From positions 248,001 to 312,000 of the forward strand of contig JASTWF010000336.1 of the NCBI GenBank assembly GCA_030390025.1: DNA of 64,000 nucleotides, in the 5' to 3' direction. Below the pieces are notes generated by a model, which was not told the DNA's origin, did no database searches, and worked only from the letters and a program-made list of their open reading frames with translations. The position numbers and the translations under genes are program-made. Origin of the DNA: Squalus acanthias. Taxonomy: Eukaryota. Positions 49,480 through 63,642 of this stretch are shown here, one piece after another; the stretch's first letter is position 1; each line of letters starts with the position of its first letter.

Positions 49480-52400
49480 GAGGGATTGGTGAAGGCAATG
49501 ATATTGATTGGCTGGTTAGGAGTGATGTCAAATTTCCATTTTTCTGCATCTCTCTGAATGGCTTCATTATGTATCCAATCAGACTTAGTGTTTGCCACCA
49601 GCGCGCCCTCTGTAGTCAGAAAAGTCATTCCAAGAGCAGAGAGAGCATCATCTCCCCATTTCCCAGACCATTATCCAGGGTCCCAAGTACTCCTTGCGGA
49701 CGAGACAGCAATTTAGATGTACTTCCTCCAACCAGTGCACTATCTTCACACCTTGCGGTGTGGTCTCCGTCAAACTCTGGTACCGTGTGTCAAGTGTTGG
49801 GATTCATTCTGAATCTGTCATTCTCTGGTAGTGTACGTGTGTGTGAAATTAATTCGGTGTCAGTCTCTCACTGGGACGTGCGAGTCTGAGATTCATTCTG
49901 TATCTGTCAGTCTCTGGTACTATATGTTAGTGTCTGATTAGTTCTGAATCTGTCTGTCTCTGGTACTGTATTTCAGCGACAGATTCCGCATGAATCTGCT
50001 ACTCACTCGGTTTATGAATGTGGGATTCATACTGTATCTATCAGTCTCTGGTACTTGATAGTTTGAGATTCATTCCATCTCTGCTAGTGAGTGTGGGTCT
50101 GAATCTATCTGTAATTCAATTGAACTGCATGTAATTGTGTACTCATTCTGTATGTCAGGGACTCTGATACTCTGTCAGTGTGAGAATAATTCTCTGTCTG
50201 TCAGTCTATGTTCTGTAGGTGTATGTTAGAGCAATTATATATCTGTCAATCTCTGGTGCTGTATGTGAGAGTGAGATTCATTCTGTACCAATCAGTCTTT
50301 AATGTGGGGTTAATTTTGTCTCTTTCATTTTCTGGTACTGTATACGAGTGTGTATTAATTCTGTGTCTGTCACCCTCTGATACTCTGTCATTCTCTCTCT
50401 CTGCCAATCTGTGATACTGTGTGTGAGATTGAGATTTATTCTATATCTGTCAGTTCCTGGTATGGCATGTGAGTTTGGGATTTATTCTGTACCTGTCAGT
50501 CTCTGATACTTTATGTGAGAGTTAGTTTAATTCTGTCTCTGTCACTATCTGGTACTGTATGTGAGTGTGAGATTCATTCTGTGTATCTGTCAGTCTCTGA
50601 TACCGTATGTGAGCGTGAGATTTATTCTGTATCTGTCAGTCTCTGATAATCTGTGTCAGTGTGGGATTGATTCTGTACTAGTCAGTGTCTGATACTGTAT
50701 GTGACAGTGAGGTACATTCTGTATCTGTCAGTCTCTGGTATTATGTTTGAGATTGAGATTCATTCTGTATCAGTCAGTCTTTAATACTCTGTATCAGAGT
50801 GGAATTCATTTTGTGTCTCTCATTTTCTGGTACTGTATGTGAGTGTGGGATTTATTCTATGTCTGTCAGGCCCTGTCACTAAGTTAGTGTGAGATTCATT
50901 CTCTGTCTGTCAGTCTATGATTCTGTATGTGAGATTTAGATTAATTCAGTATCTGTCATTCTCTGGTGTTGTATGTAAGTGCGGGGTTCATTCTGCATCT
51001 GTCAGTCTCTGATATTGTATGTGAGAATGAGATGTATTCTATATCAGTCAGTTTCTGGCATGGCATGAGAATTTGGGAATCATTCTATATCTGTCAGTCT
51101 CTGATATCTTATGTGAGAGATAGATTAATTCTGGCTCTGTTAATCTCTGGTACTGTATGTGAGAGTTATATCCAATCTTTATTTCTCAGACTTTGATACT
51201 CTTCGTCAGCGTGTGATTTATTCTGTACCTGTCAGCCTATGATACTCTATGTGAGAGTTAGTTTAATTCAGTCTCTGTCACTATCTGGTACTGTATATGA
51301 GTGTGGGATTCATTCTGTACCTGTCTGTCTCTGATACATTGTATTAGTGTGAGATTCATTCTCTCTCTGTCAGTCTCTGGTACACTATGTGAGAGTTAGA
51401 TCCAATCTTTATCTCTCAGACTTTGATACTCTTTGTCAGTGTGTGGTTAATTCTGGATTTGTCGGTCTCTGGTACTGTATGTGACAATGAGGTGCGTTCA
51501 TGTGAGAGTTAGATTAATTCAGTATCTATCAGTCCCTGGTGTTGTATGTAAGTGTGGGATTCATTCTGTATCTGTCAGTCTCTGATACTGTATGTGAGAG
51601 ATAGATTAATTCTGGGTCTGTCAGTCTCTGATACTGTATGTGAGATAGATTAATTCTGGGTCTGTCAGTCTCTGATAATGTATGTGAGAGATAGATTAAT
51701 TCTGGGTCTGTTAGTCTCTGATAATGTATGTGAGAGATAGATTAATTCTGGGTCTGTGATCAGGTCTGTCAGTCTCTGATAATGTATGTGAGAGATAGAT
51801 TAATTCTGGGTCTGTTAGTCTCTGATAATGTATGTGAGAGATAGATTAATTCTGGGTCTGTCAGTCTCTGATACTGTATGTGAGAAATAGATTAATTCTG
51901 TATCTGTCAGTCTCTGGTGCTCTATGTGAGATTTAGATTAATGCTGTACCTCTCAGTCTCCGGTACTGTGTGCGAGAGTGAGAATCATTCTGTATGTCTG
52001 TCTCTGATACTCTTGTCATTGTGTGATTGATTCTTTATTTGAGAGTGTCTAGTACTTTACATTCTCTGTCAGTCTCTGGATTATGTGTGAGAGTGAGATT
52101 CATTCTGTACCAGTCAGTCTTTAATTATCAGTGCCAGTGTGGAATTCATTGTGTGTCTATCATTTTCTGGTACTGTATGGGAGTGTGGGATTCATTCTGT
52201 GTCTGTCACCCTCTGATACTCTGTGTCAGTGTGTGATTCAATCTGTACCTGTTAGTCTCAGGTACATGAATGTGGGTTTTACCCTGTACCTGTCAGTCTC
52301 TGATGAGAGTGTGGGTTTTACTCTGTGACTGTCAGTTTCTGATATGTGAATTTTGGGTTTTATTCTGCATCTTTCAATTTCTGTTCTGTGAGAGTGGATT

Positions 52401-53540
52401 TTATTCTGTATCTGTCAGTTTGTGGTTTGTGAATGTGGGTTTTAGTCTGTGTCTGTCTGTCTATCATATTGAATGCATTTTTTATTCTCTATCTATCAGT
52501 GTCTGACATGTGAGTGTGGGTTTTATGCTATAACTGGCTGTTTGTGATATGTGATTGTGAGTTTTACTGTGCATCAATCAGTCTCTGGTTTGTGAATGTG
52601 GGTTCTATTCTGTACCCATCGGTCTTTGGTATGCTAGCATTGGTTTTACTCAGTACCAGTCAGTTTCTGATACATGAGTGTGTGTTTTCCTTTCTACCTG
52701 TCAATTTCTGCTATGGAAGAGAGGGTTTACTCTGAATCTAAGTTCTGGTACATGAGTGTGGATTTTAGTCTTTATCTGTCAGTCTCTGCTATGTGAGTGT
52801 CTTTTTCACTATCTTCTGTTTCTGGTATGCAAAGGTGGATTTTATTATGTACCTGTCAGCTTCTGGTATGTGAGTGTGGGTTTCTTCTGTATCAGTCAGT
52901 CATTGGTGAGTGAGTGTGAGTTTATTCTGTATCTGTCAGTCTCTGATATCTGAGTGAGCGTTTTTCTTTGTACCTGTCAGTGTCTGGTTTGTGAGGATGG
53001 GCTTTATTCTGCACCTTTTGGTTTCTTGTATGTGCGAGTGGGTTGTATTATGTTAGTTACTGTTATATGTGTGAGGATTGGAATCAGTACCTGCTAGTTT
53101 CTGGGATGTGAGTGTGAATGTTACTCTGCATCTGTTAGTCTCTGATGTGTGAGGGTGGGTTTTACTATGTATCTGTCATACTCTGGGATGTGAGTGTTTG
53201 TTTTACTCTGTATCTGTCATACTCTGGGATGTGAGTGTTTGTTTTACTCTGTATCTGTCATACTCTGGGATGTGTGTGCGGGTTTTACACTATCTGTCAT
53301 ACTCTGGGATGTGAGTTTTAGATTTTACACTATCTGTCATACTCTGGATGTGAGTGTGTGTTTTACTCTCTATCTGTCATACTCTTTGATGTGAATGTGG
53401 GTTTTACTCTGTATCTGCTATACTCTGGGATGTGAATGTGGGTTTTACTCTATATCTGCTATACTCTGGAATATGTGTGTGGGTTTTACTCTGTATCTGT
53501 TAGTCTTTTGTGTGCAAGGGTGGGTTTTACTCTGTATCTC

Positions 53541-54361
53541 AGTCATAGATTTATACAGCACAGAAAGAGGCCCTTCGGCGCATCGTGTCCGCACCGGCCA
53601 TCAAGCCCTGTCTATTCTAATCCCATTTTCCAGCACTTGGTCCGTAGCCTTGTATGCTATGGCGTTTCAAGTGCTCATCTAAATGCTTCTTGAATGTTGT
53701 GAGGGTCCTGCCTCTACCACCCTTTCAGGCAGTGAGTTCCAGATTCCAACCACCCTCTGGGTGAAAAAGTTTTTCCTCAAATCCCCTCTAAACCTCCTGC
53801 CCCTTACCTTGAAACTATGCCCCCTTGTTATTGACCCCTCTACTAAGGAGAAAAGTTCCTTTCTATCTACCCTATCTATGCCCCTCATAATTTTGTACAC
53901 CTCAAATCAGGTCCCCCCTCAGCCTTCTCTGCTCTAAGGAAAACAACCCCAGCCTACCCAGTCTCTCTTCATAGCTGAAGCGCTCCAGCCCAGGTAACAT
54001 CCTGGTGAATCTCCTCTGCACCCTTTCCAATGCAATCACATCCTTCCTATAGTGTGGCGACCAGAACTGTACACAGTATTCCAGCTGTGGCCTAACTAGC
54101 ATTTCGTACAGCTCCATCATAACCTCCCTGCTCTTATATTCTATGCCTCGGCTAATGAAGGCAAGTATTCCATATGCCTTCTTAACCAGCTTATCTACAA
54201 GTCCTGCTGCCTTCAGGGATCTATGTACATGCACACCAAGGTCCCTCTGATCCTCTGTCCTTCCTAGGGTCCTACCATTCATTGGTTATTCCCTTGCCTT
54301 CTTAGTCCTCCCAAAATGCATCACCTCACACTTTTCAGGGTTAAATTCCATTTGCCACTGT
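53541..54361 (-). mobile_element. CR1-type LINE 3' fragment inside the satellite
   Basis: RPQLEYCVQFW, RGDLI and FFTQRVV motifs. Confidence 0.85.
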
Positions 54362-54886
54362 TCTGTTAGTCTTTGGTGTGCGAGGGTGGGTTTTAATCTT
54401 TACCTGTCAGTTTCTGGTATGGAAGAGTGGGTGGTCATTCTGTACCTGACAGACCCTGGTGTGTGACTGTGGCTTTATTCTGTATCTGTGATGCTCGAGG
54501 GGCCGTACGGCCTACTCCTCCTTCTAATTCTTATGTCTCTGGGATGTGAGTGTGGGTTTCTGTCTTTAGTTCTCAGTTTCTGCCACGTGTGTGTGTGTTT
54601 TACTCTGTACCTGTCTGTCTCTGGGATGTGAGTGTGGGTTTTTCTTTGTACCAGTCAGTGTCTGGTATGTGAGTGTGGGCTTTATTTTGTACCTGTTGGT
54701 TTCTGGTATGTGTGAGTGGATTGTATGATGTATCTGTCAGTTTCTGTTATATGATTGAGGATTTTACTCTGTCCCTGACAGTCTCTGGTATGTGAGTGTG
54801 GGTTTTCCTCTGTCCCTATTCAGAGGGATTTGAGTGTCCTTTTACATGAATTACAGAAAGTTAACATGCAGGTACAACAATCAATT

Positions 54887-55052
54887 AGAACATAAGAACA
54901 TAAGAAATAAGAGCAGGAGTCGGCCACTTAGCCCTTTGAGCCTGCTCCGCCATTCAATAAGATCATGGCTGATCTTCTACCTCATCTCCACTTTCCTGAA
55001 CTATCCCCATATCCCTTGATTGCCTTATTTTCAAAAGTCTATCGATCTCTGT
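54887..55052 (-). mobile_element. CR1 3' end fragment
   Basis: (AACATAAG)n tail and 3' UTR like 41842-42010. Confidence 0.78.
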
Positions 55053-55375
55053 ACATTGTATGTGAGAGATAGATTAATTCTGGATCTGTCAGTCTCTGAT
55101 ACTGTATGTGACAGTTAGATTAATTCTGTAAATGACAATCTCTGATACTGTATGTGGGAGTGAGGTTAATTCTATATCTGTCAGTCTCTGGAGCTCTATG
55201 TGAGATTTAGATTAATGCTGTGTCTCTCAGTCTCTGGTACTGTGTGTGAGAGTGAGAATCATTCTGTATGTCTGTCTCTAATACTCTTGATGCGGAGATG
55301 CCGGCGTTGGACTGGGGTGGACAAAAATGAGAAGTCGCACAACACCAGGTTATAGTCCAACAGATTTATTTAAAA

Positions 55376-55417
55376 TTACAAGCTTTCGGAGCTATCGATC
55401 GCCCCTTCTTCAGGTAA
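55376..55417 (-). ncRNA. Minimal hammerhead ribozyme motif (left pLTR)
   Basis: Reverse complement of the motif at 57673-57714. Confidence 0.75.
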
Positions 55418-55659
55418 AGTTACTGTGAGTGAATCTACAAAAATTCACAGAATATAAACACAGAGAAAATGCAGAGATACAATCTTTCCTTACATCAAAG
55501 ACACACTAAGAGCACAGCCAAGACAATGAGATGTGTCCCAGGGGGTCCAACGTGTCAAAACCTGCTGTCTGCATATCCTCTCCATTTGTGTTTGTTTTTT
55601 GTGTTTGTTTTTTGTGTTTGTTTTTTTAAAAAACTGGAAAGACAGACAACGATGTCAAG

Positions 55660-57259
55660 TCACGTTCTGTAGTGTGACATGAACCCGATATCCCTATTGA
55701 GGCCGTCCTCATGAGTGCGGAACTTGGCTATCAGTTTCTGCTCGATGATTTTGCGTTGTCGTGCATCTCGAAGGCTGCCTTGGAGAACGCTAACCCGCAG
55801 ATCCGAGGCTGAATGCCCTTGACTGCTGAAGTGTTCCCCGACGGGGAGGCAACCATCCTGCCTGGCGATTGTTGCGCGGTGTCCGTTCATACGTTCTCTC
55901 AGTGTCTGCATGGTCTCGCCGATGTACCATGCTCTGGGGCATCCTTTACTGCAACGTATCAGGTAGACAACGTTGGCCGAGTCACATGTATATGTACCAT
56001 GTACCTGGTGGGTAGTGTCCTCACGTGTGATGACGGTATCTGTGTTCATGATCTGGCATGTCTTGCAGAGGTTGCCGTGGCAGGGTTGTGTGGTGTCGTG
56101 GTCGCTGTTCTCCTGACAGCTGGGTAATTTGCTGCCAACGATGGTACTTTTGAGGTTAGGCGGCTGCTTGAAGGCGAGTAGTGGAGGCGTGGGGATGGCC
56201 TTAGCAAGGTGTTCGTCGTCATCGATGACATGTTGAAGGCTGCGAAGAACATGGCGTAGTTTCTCCGCTCCGGGGAAGTACTGGACGACGTAGGGTACTC
56301 TGTTGGTTGTGTCCCGTGTTCGTCTTCTGAGGAGGTCTATGCGGTTTTTCGCTGTGGCCCGTCGGAACTGTCGATCGACGAGTCGAGCGTCATATCCCGT
56401 TCTTACGAGGGCGTCTTTCAGTGTCCTTAGGTGTCCATCGCGTTCCTCCTCGTCTGAGCAGATCCTGTGTATTCGCAGGGCTTGTCCATAGGGGATGGCT
56501 TCTTTAACGTGGTTAGGGTGGAAGCTGGAGAAGTGGAGCATCGTGAGGTTGTCCGTGGGCTTGCGGTAGAGTGAAGTGCTGAGGCGTCCGTCTTTGATGG
56601 AGATTTCTGTGTCCAAGAATGAAACCGATTCTGAGGAGTAGTCCATGGTGAGTTTGATGGTGGGATGGAACCTGTTGATGCTATCGTGTAGTCCTTTCAG
56701 TGATCCTTCGCCGTGGGTCCAAAGGAAGAAGATGTCCTCGATGTATCTGGTGTACAGCGTTGGTTGGCGGTCCTGTGCAGCGAAGAAGTTTTGCTCGAAC
56801 TTGTGCATGAAGATGTTGGCGTATTGGGGTGCGAATTTGGTCCCCATGGCTGTTCCGTGTGTTTGGGTAAAAAACTGGTTGTCGAAGGTGAAGACATTGT
56901 GGTCAAGGATGAAGCGGATGAGTTGTAGGATGGCGTCTGGAGATTGGCTGTTGTTGGTGTTGAGTACTGAGGCTGTCGCAGCGATGCCGTCATCGTGGGG
57001 GATATTGGTGTAGAGTGCTGATACGTCCATCATGGCGAGGAGTGTTCCTGGTTCAACTGGTCCATGGGTGCTGAGTTTCTGCAAGAAGTCTGTAGTGTCG
57101 CGACAGAAGCTGGGGGTTCCCTGTACGATGGGTTTCAGGATGCCCTCGACGTACCCAGAGAGGTTCTCACACAGGGTTCCGTTGCCTGATACGATAGGGC
57201 GTCCGGGTGTGTTGGCTTTGTGTATCTTTGGGAGGCAGTAAAAGTCTCCTACGCGGAAC
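55660..57259 (-). pseudogene. Penelope RT plus GIY-YIG endonuclease, partial
   Basis: LPKIHK, DVSALYT, GTAMG, RYIEDI (YIDD changed to YIED) and VVYLIRC...YIGET. Confidence 0.9.
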
Positions 57260-57672
57260 AAGTCGGGGAACACTTCAGCAGTCAAGGGCATTCAGCCTCG
57301 GATTTGCGGGTTAGCGTTCTCCAAGGCGGCCTTCGAGATACACGACAACGCAAAATCATCGAGCAGAAACTGATAGCCAAGTTCCGCACTCATGAGGACG
57401 GCCTCAATAGGGATATCGGGTTCATGTCACGCTACAGAACGTGACTTGACATCGTTGTCTGTCTTTCCACTTTTAAAAAAAACAAACACAAAAAACAAAC
57501 ACAAATGGAGAGGATATGCAGACAGCAGGTTTTGACACATTGGACCCCCTGGGACACATCTCATTGTCTTGGCTGTGCTCTTAGTGTGTCTTTGATGTAA
57601 GGAAAGATTGTATCTCTGCATTTTCTCTGTGTTTATATTCTGTGAATTTTTGTAGATTCACTCACAGTAACT

Positions 57673-57714
57673 TTACCTGAAGAAGGGGCGATCGATAGCT
57701 CCGAAAGCTTGTAA
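57673..57714 (+). ncRNA. Minimal type I hammerhead ribozyme motif (right pLTR)
   Basis: UUAC-CUGAAGA-A-GGGGC(gaucgaua)GCUCC-GAAA-GC-UU-GUAA. Stem I is UUAC/GUAA and stem III is the palindrome AGCU. Confidence 0.78.
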
Positions 57715-59452
57715 TTTTAAATAAATCTGTTGGGCTATAACCTGGTGTTGTGCGACTTCTCATTCTAATACTCTTGTCATTGTGTGATTGATTCTGTATT
57801 TGTCAGTTTCTGGTACTTTATGTGACAGTGAGGTACATTCTCTGTCAGTCTCTGGATTATGTGTGAGAGTGAGATTCATTCTGTACCAGTCAGTCTCTAA
57901 TAATCTGTGACAGTGTGGGATTCATTGTGTCTATCATTTCCTGTTACTGTATGTGAGTTTGGGATTCATTCTGTGTCTGTCACCCTCTGCTACTCTGTGT
58001 CAGTGTGTGATTCAACCTGTATCTGTCAGTCTCTGGTACGTGAATGTGGGTTTTACCCTGTACTATCAGTTTCAGATATGTGAATTATGGGTTTTACTCT
58101 ACCAGTCAGTCTCTGATATGTGAGTGTGTGTTTTATTCTGCATCTTTCAATTTCTCTTCTGTGAGAATGGGTTTTATTCTGTATCTGTCAGCCTTTGGTT
58201 TGTGATTGTGGGTTTTAGTCTGTGTCTGTCTGTCTATGGTATTTGAATGCATTTTTTATTCTCTATCTATCAGTGTCTGACATGTGAGTGTGGGTTTTAT
58301 GCTATAACTGGCTGTTTGTGATATGTGATTGTGAGTTTTACTGTGCATCAATCAGTCTCTGGTTTGTGAATGTGGGTTCTATTCTGTACCCATCGGTCTC
58401 TGGTATGCTATTACTGGTTTTACTCTGTACCAGTTAGTTTCTGATACATGAGTGTGGCTTTTCCTTTCTACCTGTCAATTTCTGCTGTGGAAGAAAGGGT
58501 TACGCTGAATCTGTAAGTTTCTGGTGCGGGAGTGTGGGTTTTAGTCTTTATCTGTAAGTCTCTGCTATGTGAGTGTCTTTTTCACTATCTTCTGTTTCTG
58601 GAATGCAAAGGTGGGTTTTACTATGTACCTGTCAGCTTCTGGTATGTGAGTGTGGGATTCTTCTGGATCAGTCAGTCACAGATGAGTGAGAGTGAGTTTA
58701 TTCTGTATCTGTCAGTCTCTGGTATCCGAGTGTGTGTTTTTCTTTGTACCTGTCAGTGTCTGGTTTGTGAGGATGGGCTTTATTCTGCACCTTTTGGTTT
58801 CTTGTATGTGCGAGTGGTTTGTATTATGTACCTTTTAGTTACTGTTATATGTGTGAGGATTGGAATCAGTACCTGCTAGTTTCTGGGATATGAGTGTCAG
58901 TTTTACACTGTATATGCTATACTCTGGGATGTTTGTGTGGGTTTTAACCTGTAAATGTCATAATCTGGGATGTGTGTGGGTGTTTGACTCTGTATATGTC
59001 ATACTCTGGGATGTGAGTGTGTGTTTTACTCTGTATCTGTCATACTCTGGGATGTGAGTGTGTGTTTTACTCTGTATCTGTCATATTCAGGGATGTGTGT
59101 GTGGGTTTTACTCTGTATCTGTCATATTCTGGGATGTGTGTGTAGGTTTTACTCTATATCTGTCATACTCTGGGATGTGAGTGTGGGTTTTTGTCTGTAA
59201 TTGTCAGTTTCTGCCATGTGTGTGTGTGTTTTATTCTGTATCTGTCTGTCTCTGGGATGTGAGTGTGGGCTTTTCTTTGTACCAGTCAGTGTCTGGTATG
59301 TTAGTATGTGCTTTATTTTGTTCCTGTGGTTTCTGGTATGTGTGAGTGGGTTGCATTATGTATCTGCCAGTATCTGTTGTATGATTGAGGATTTTACTCT
59401 GTCCCTGACAGTCTCTGGTATGTGAGTGTGGGTTTCCGTCTGTCCCTATTCA

Positions 59453-60170
59453 GAGGGATTTGAGTGTCCTTTTACAAGAATCGCAGGAAGTTAACATGCA
59501 GGTACAACAATCGATTGGGAAGGTAAATGGTACATTAGCCTTTATGGCAAAGGGGTTGCTGTAAACAAATAAGTTAGTGTTGCTGGAATTACATAGGCCT
59601 TTGGTTATACCATAACTTGAGTACTTTGTACATTTTGTTCTCCTTATATAAGGAAGGTTATACTAGGTTTAGAAGGTGCAACAAATGTTCACCAGATTGA
59701 TTCCTGGGATGAGAGGGCTGTCCTATGAGGAGAGATTGAGCATAATGTGCCTATATTCTCTGGAGTTTAGAAGAATGAGAGGTGATCTCATTGAAACATT
59801 TCAAATTCTTATTAGTTTGACAGAGGTAGATGCTGCGAGGCTGTTTCCCCTGGCAGGAAAGTCTAGAACTAGGGGTCATCGTCTCACGATAAGGCATCGG
59901 CCAATTAGGATTGAGATGATGAGAAATGTATTCACTCAGTGGGTTGTGAATCTTTGGAATTCTCTACCCCAGAGGGCTGTGGAAGCTCAGTCGATGAGTG
60001 TATTCAAGACTGAGATCGATAGAATTTTGGGCACTAAGGGAATCAAGGGATATCGGGAGAGGGTGGGATATTGGAGTTGTGGTTGAAGTTCAGCCATGAT
60101 CTTAGTGAATGGCGGAGCAGCTTGAGGGGCTGTGTGACCTATTCCTGCTCCTATTTCTTATTTTCTTATA
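59453..60170 (+). mobile_element. CR1 3' fragment, old
   Basis: RMRGDLIE and FTQWVVNLWN motifs plus 3' UTR. Its 5' end is also present at 54823-54886. Confidence 0.83.
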
Positions 60171-61327
60171 GCTGACAGTTTCAAGGATGTGAATGTGAGT
60201 TTCACTCTGTATCTGACAGTCTCTGGTATGTGAGTGTGAGTTTCACTCTGTATCTGACAGTCTCTGGTATGTGAGTGTGAGTTTCCCTCTGTATCTGACA
60301 GTCTCTGGTATGTGAGTGTGGATTTAATTCTGTATCTGTCAGTCTCTGGAATGTGAATTCTGTATCTGTCAGTCTCTGGTATGTGAGTGTGAGTTTCACT
60401 CTGTATCTGTCAGTCTCTGGTATGTGAGTGTGAGTTTCACTCTGTATCTGACAGTCTCTGGTATGTGAGTGTGAGTTTCACTCTGTATCTGACAGTCTCT
60501 GGTATGTGAGTGTGAGTTTCACTCTATCTGACAGTCTCTGGTATGTGAGTGTGAGCTTTATGCTGTAACTGTTAATTTTTTTTGTAAGAGTAAGTGTTTT
60601 ATTCAGTACCTGACAGTTTCTGGGAGGGGAGTGTGGAATTTAGTCTGCATCTGTAAGTCACTTGTTTGTGAGTAATGGCATTAATCTGTATCTGTATCAT
60701 TCAGAATCTGGAATGTGAGTGCGGGCTTTACTCTGTACCTGTCAGTCTCTGGGATTTGAATCTGTATCTGTCAGATTCTGGTGTGCAAGTGTGGATTTCA
60801 CTCTGTAACTTTCTGTCTCTTGTATGTGAGTGTGGTACTATCTCTGTAAATGTCAGTTCCTAGTACGTGAGTGGGGTTTTATGCTGTACCTGTCAGTTTC
60901 TGTTATATGAGGAAAGGTTTTAATCAGTCGCTGCCTGTTTCTGGTAGGCGAGTGTGGATTTCAGTCTCTATCTGCCAGTCTATGCTTGTGGGTGTGGGTT
61001 TCACCCTGTACCTGTCACTCTCTGGGATGTGAGTGCGAGTTTCACTCTGTATCTGTCAGTCTCTTTTAAGTGAGTGTTGATTTTATCTATAGCTGTCAAC
61101 CTGGTATGTTAGTGTGGGTTTTACTCTAGCTATCGGTCACTCGGATGTGTGTGTGGATTTTACTCTAACTCAGTTTCTAGTATATGGATGTGGAGTTTTG
61201 TCTGTACCTGTCAGTTTCTGGTGTGTGTGTGGATTTTACTTTGTACCTGTCTGTCTCTGCTTTGTGAGTGTGGGATTGTTTCTGTATCTGTTGGACTGGT
61301 AATGTCGGTGAGTGTGAGATTCATTAT

Positions 61328-63642
61328 GTAATTTACAGTCGCTTGTACTGCACTATTCTTGCTCTGTGTGATTGTTGGATTCCATTCCTTCTCCACCTTG
61401 TGTAGCCAATGCTAGTTTGAGATTACCTGCGACTGTCTCAGGAGGAGATTTGGTTCATTCCATTATCTCTGATTCTCTGGTCTTGTCTGTTAGTTGTTGG
61501 GTTTGACAGTCTGTGTACAGCCAGCAGTGCGGATTCACACCGTATCAGTGTCTATCTGTTTGTGTGTGTGAGTAAGGGAGTGAAAATTGATCTGCCTGCC
61601 AGTGCGAGATGTTTGGGCTTTGAAACAACATCTTATTCTACTGCTGCAAGTGACTGTGGGATTCATAATGTAACTCTGCGAATTCGGATCACTGTGGGAC
61701 TGAGTGCTTCTGCTGCCTGTTATAATAGGATTGAGGCCAGTTCTGTGTCTCTGCACTCTGTGAGTGATAATGTACTTACTGTGTGTGAGAAGGAGCTGCC
61801 TGCACTGTTCCTTGTGACTGGGTGTAGGGAAGATCACTTTTATTCTGGCTCGTTGAAGTATTTTGCGATGAGAATAATAAGAGAACAATATTAGTTATAA
61901 GATATGGACAGGTGCTGGGAGAATATAAAAATAAAGTTATAATTTACGTGTTTGTTTATAATAAAGTACAGTATCTGGAGAGAGGAAACCGTGATACAAA
62001 CAGTGTTATTGTCTGAACTCACTGCAGTACAGCGGCACTCAGATTCTCCACACCAGGTGTGTAGGACGGTTCTATAGTAAGTTATCAGCATCCAGACACA
62101 TCCCAAACCCAGCACTGGACCATGAATGGGACCACCCGATTGGCACAGTCTAGATTTATATCTCCCATTCCCATGGGGCTACCTGTGAAATTCTGAATTG
62201 CTTCCTGGAATAATTCCATAGGTAGCTGGGCTGTACAACAATTATTTTCAATCTACTGAAACCGAGTTGAGGGCCTGTGTAGTTAACAGAAAGTCACAGA
62301 GCCCGGATCCTGACTTATCTGAGGGAGCGACAATGTATCTCTCGATCACCAGGAACTCGGTTCTGGAGAACTCAACACACCGAAACAAAATAACCCATTT
62401 TTGAAATGTGTTCTTTCACATTTCTCACCTGGTGCCTGCAATAGATGCACTTTGTGAAACTCCTCACATCCTCACTGTCAGGCTGTGTTTCCACTGTTCC
62501 CTGTCCAAGAACAACAGACACAGTGAGATTGGAATTGAATCAGGAACATTCACTACTGATTTGGGGGAAGAAATCAGCAATGATTTGAAAGAGCGAGGTG
62601 CTTTACTTTCTATGATACCTTACACTGTCCACACACAGCCCGAGAATGGCCACTCCCTTCCCCCACTCACTCCATGTTCTGGAACTAGTTCCTTCTCCAC
62701 TCTCCCTCTTAAAATCTGCCCCGATGGCCATTGAACTTACCCCGACTGAATTGTGTAATTTACAGTCTCTCGTAATGTACTATTCTTGCTCTGTGTGACT
62801 GTTGGATGCCATTCTTTCTCCACCTTGTGCAGGGGAATGCTATTTTGAGATTATCTGAGACTGAATCAGGAGGAGGTTTAGTTCAGTCCATTACCTCCGA
62901 TTCTCTGGTCTTGTCTGTTAGTTGTTGGGTTTGACAGTCTGTGTACAGCCAGCAGTGTGGATTCACACCTTATCAGTGTCTATCTGTTCGTGAGTGTGTG
63001 TGAGGGAGTGAAAATAGATCTGTCTGTCATTGCGATATGATTGGACTTTGAAACAACATCTTATTCTACTGCTGCAAGTGACTGTGGGATTCATAATGTT
63101 ACTCTGGGAATTCAGATCACTGTGGGACTGACTGCTTCTGCTGCCTGTGATAATAGGATTGAGGCCAGTTCTGTGTCTCTCTGCTGTGTGAGTGATAATG
63201 TACTTACTGTGTGTGAGATGGAGCTGCCTGCACTGTTCCTTGTGTTCCAGGTGGAGGAAAGATCACATTTATTCTGGCTCATTGAAGTATTTTGCTAGGG
63301 ACTAATAAGAGAACAATATTAGTTATAAGATGTGGACAGGTGTCGGTAGAATATAAAAATAAAGTTATAATGAATGTGTCTGTTTATAATAAAGTAAAGT
63401 ATCTGGAGAGAGGAAACCGAGATACAAACAGTGTCATTGTCTGACCGCACTACAGTACAGCAGCACTCAGATTCTCCACACCAGGTGTGTAGGACGGTTC
63501 TATGGTAAGTTATCAGCATCCAGACACAACCCAACCCCAGCACTGGACCATGAATGGGACCACCCGATTGGCACTGTCCAGGTTTACATCTCCCATTCCC
63601 ATGGGACTACCTGTAAAATTCTGCATCGCTTCCTGGAATATA
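61328..63642 (+). repeat. Diverged direct duplication of about 885 bp (61328-62213 and 62754-63642)
   Basis: Collinear from TGTAATTTACAGTC to CTTCCTGGAATA. Confidence 0.85.

Larger units (their letters stand above)
55290..57763 (-). mobile_element. Penelope-like element, 5'-truncated, with an inverted duplicate of its 3' end
   Basis: 13-bp TSD TCTAATACTCTTG at 55277-55289 and 57764-57776. Bases 57263-57763 are an inverted copy of about 55327-55842. Confidence 0.93.
49770..61330 (+). repeat. Degenerate 41/46-bp tandem satellite
   Basis: 41-bp unit TTCACTCTGTATCTGACAGTCTCTGGTATGTGAGTGTGAGT, clean at 60201-60550. A 46-bp variant carrying an extra TACTG-like insert is clean at 51600-51900. Confidence 0.88.

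Noticed and set aside
57260..57291. Apparent start of the 543-aa Penelope ORF
   Set aside because: It lies across the inversion junction and is not native coding sequence.
50208..61331. Cys/Val/Leu-rich ORFs
   Set aside because: These are translations of the TG-rich satellite.
62090..62400. Possible exon on the minus strand (MGDINLD-like)
   Set aside because: Short, with no convincing homology; at most an old LINE remnant.
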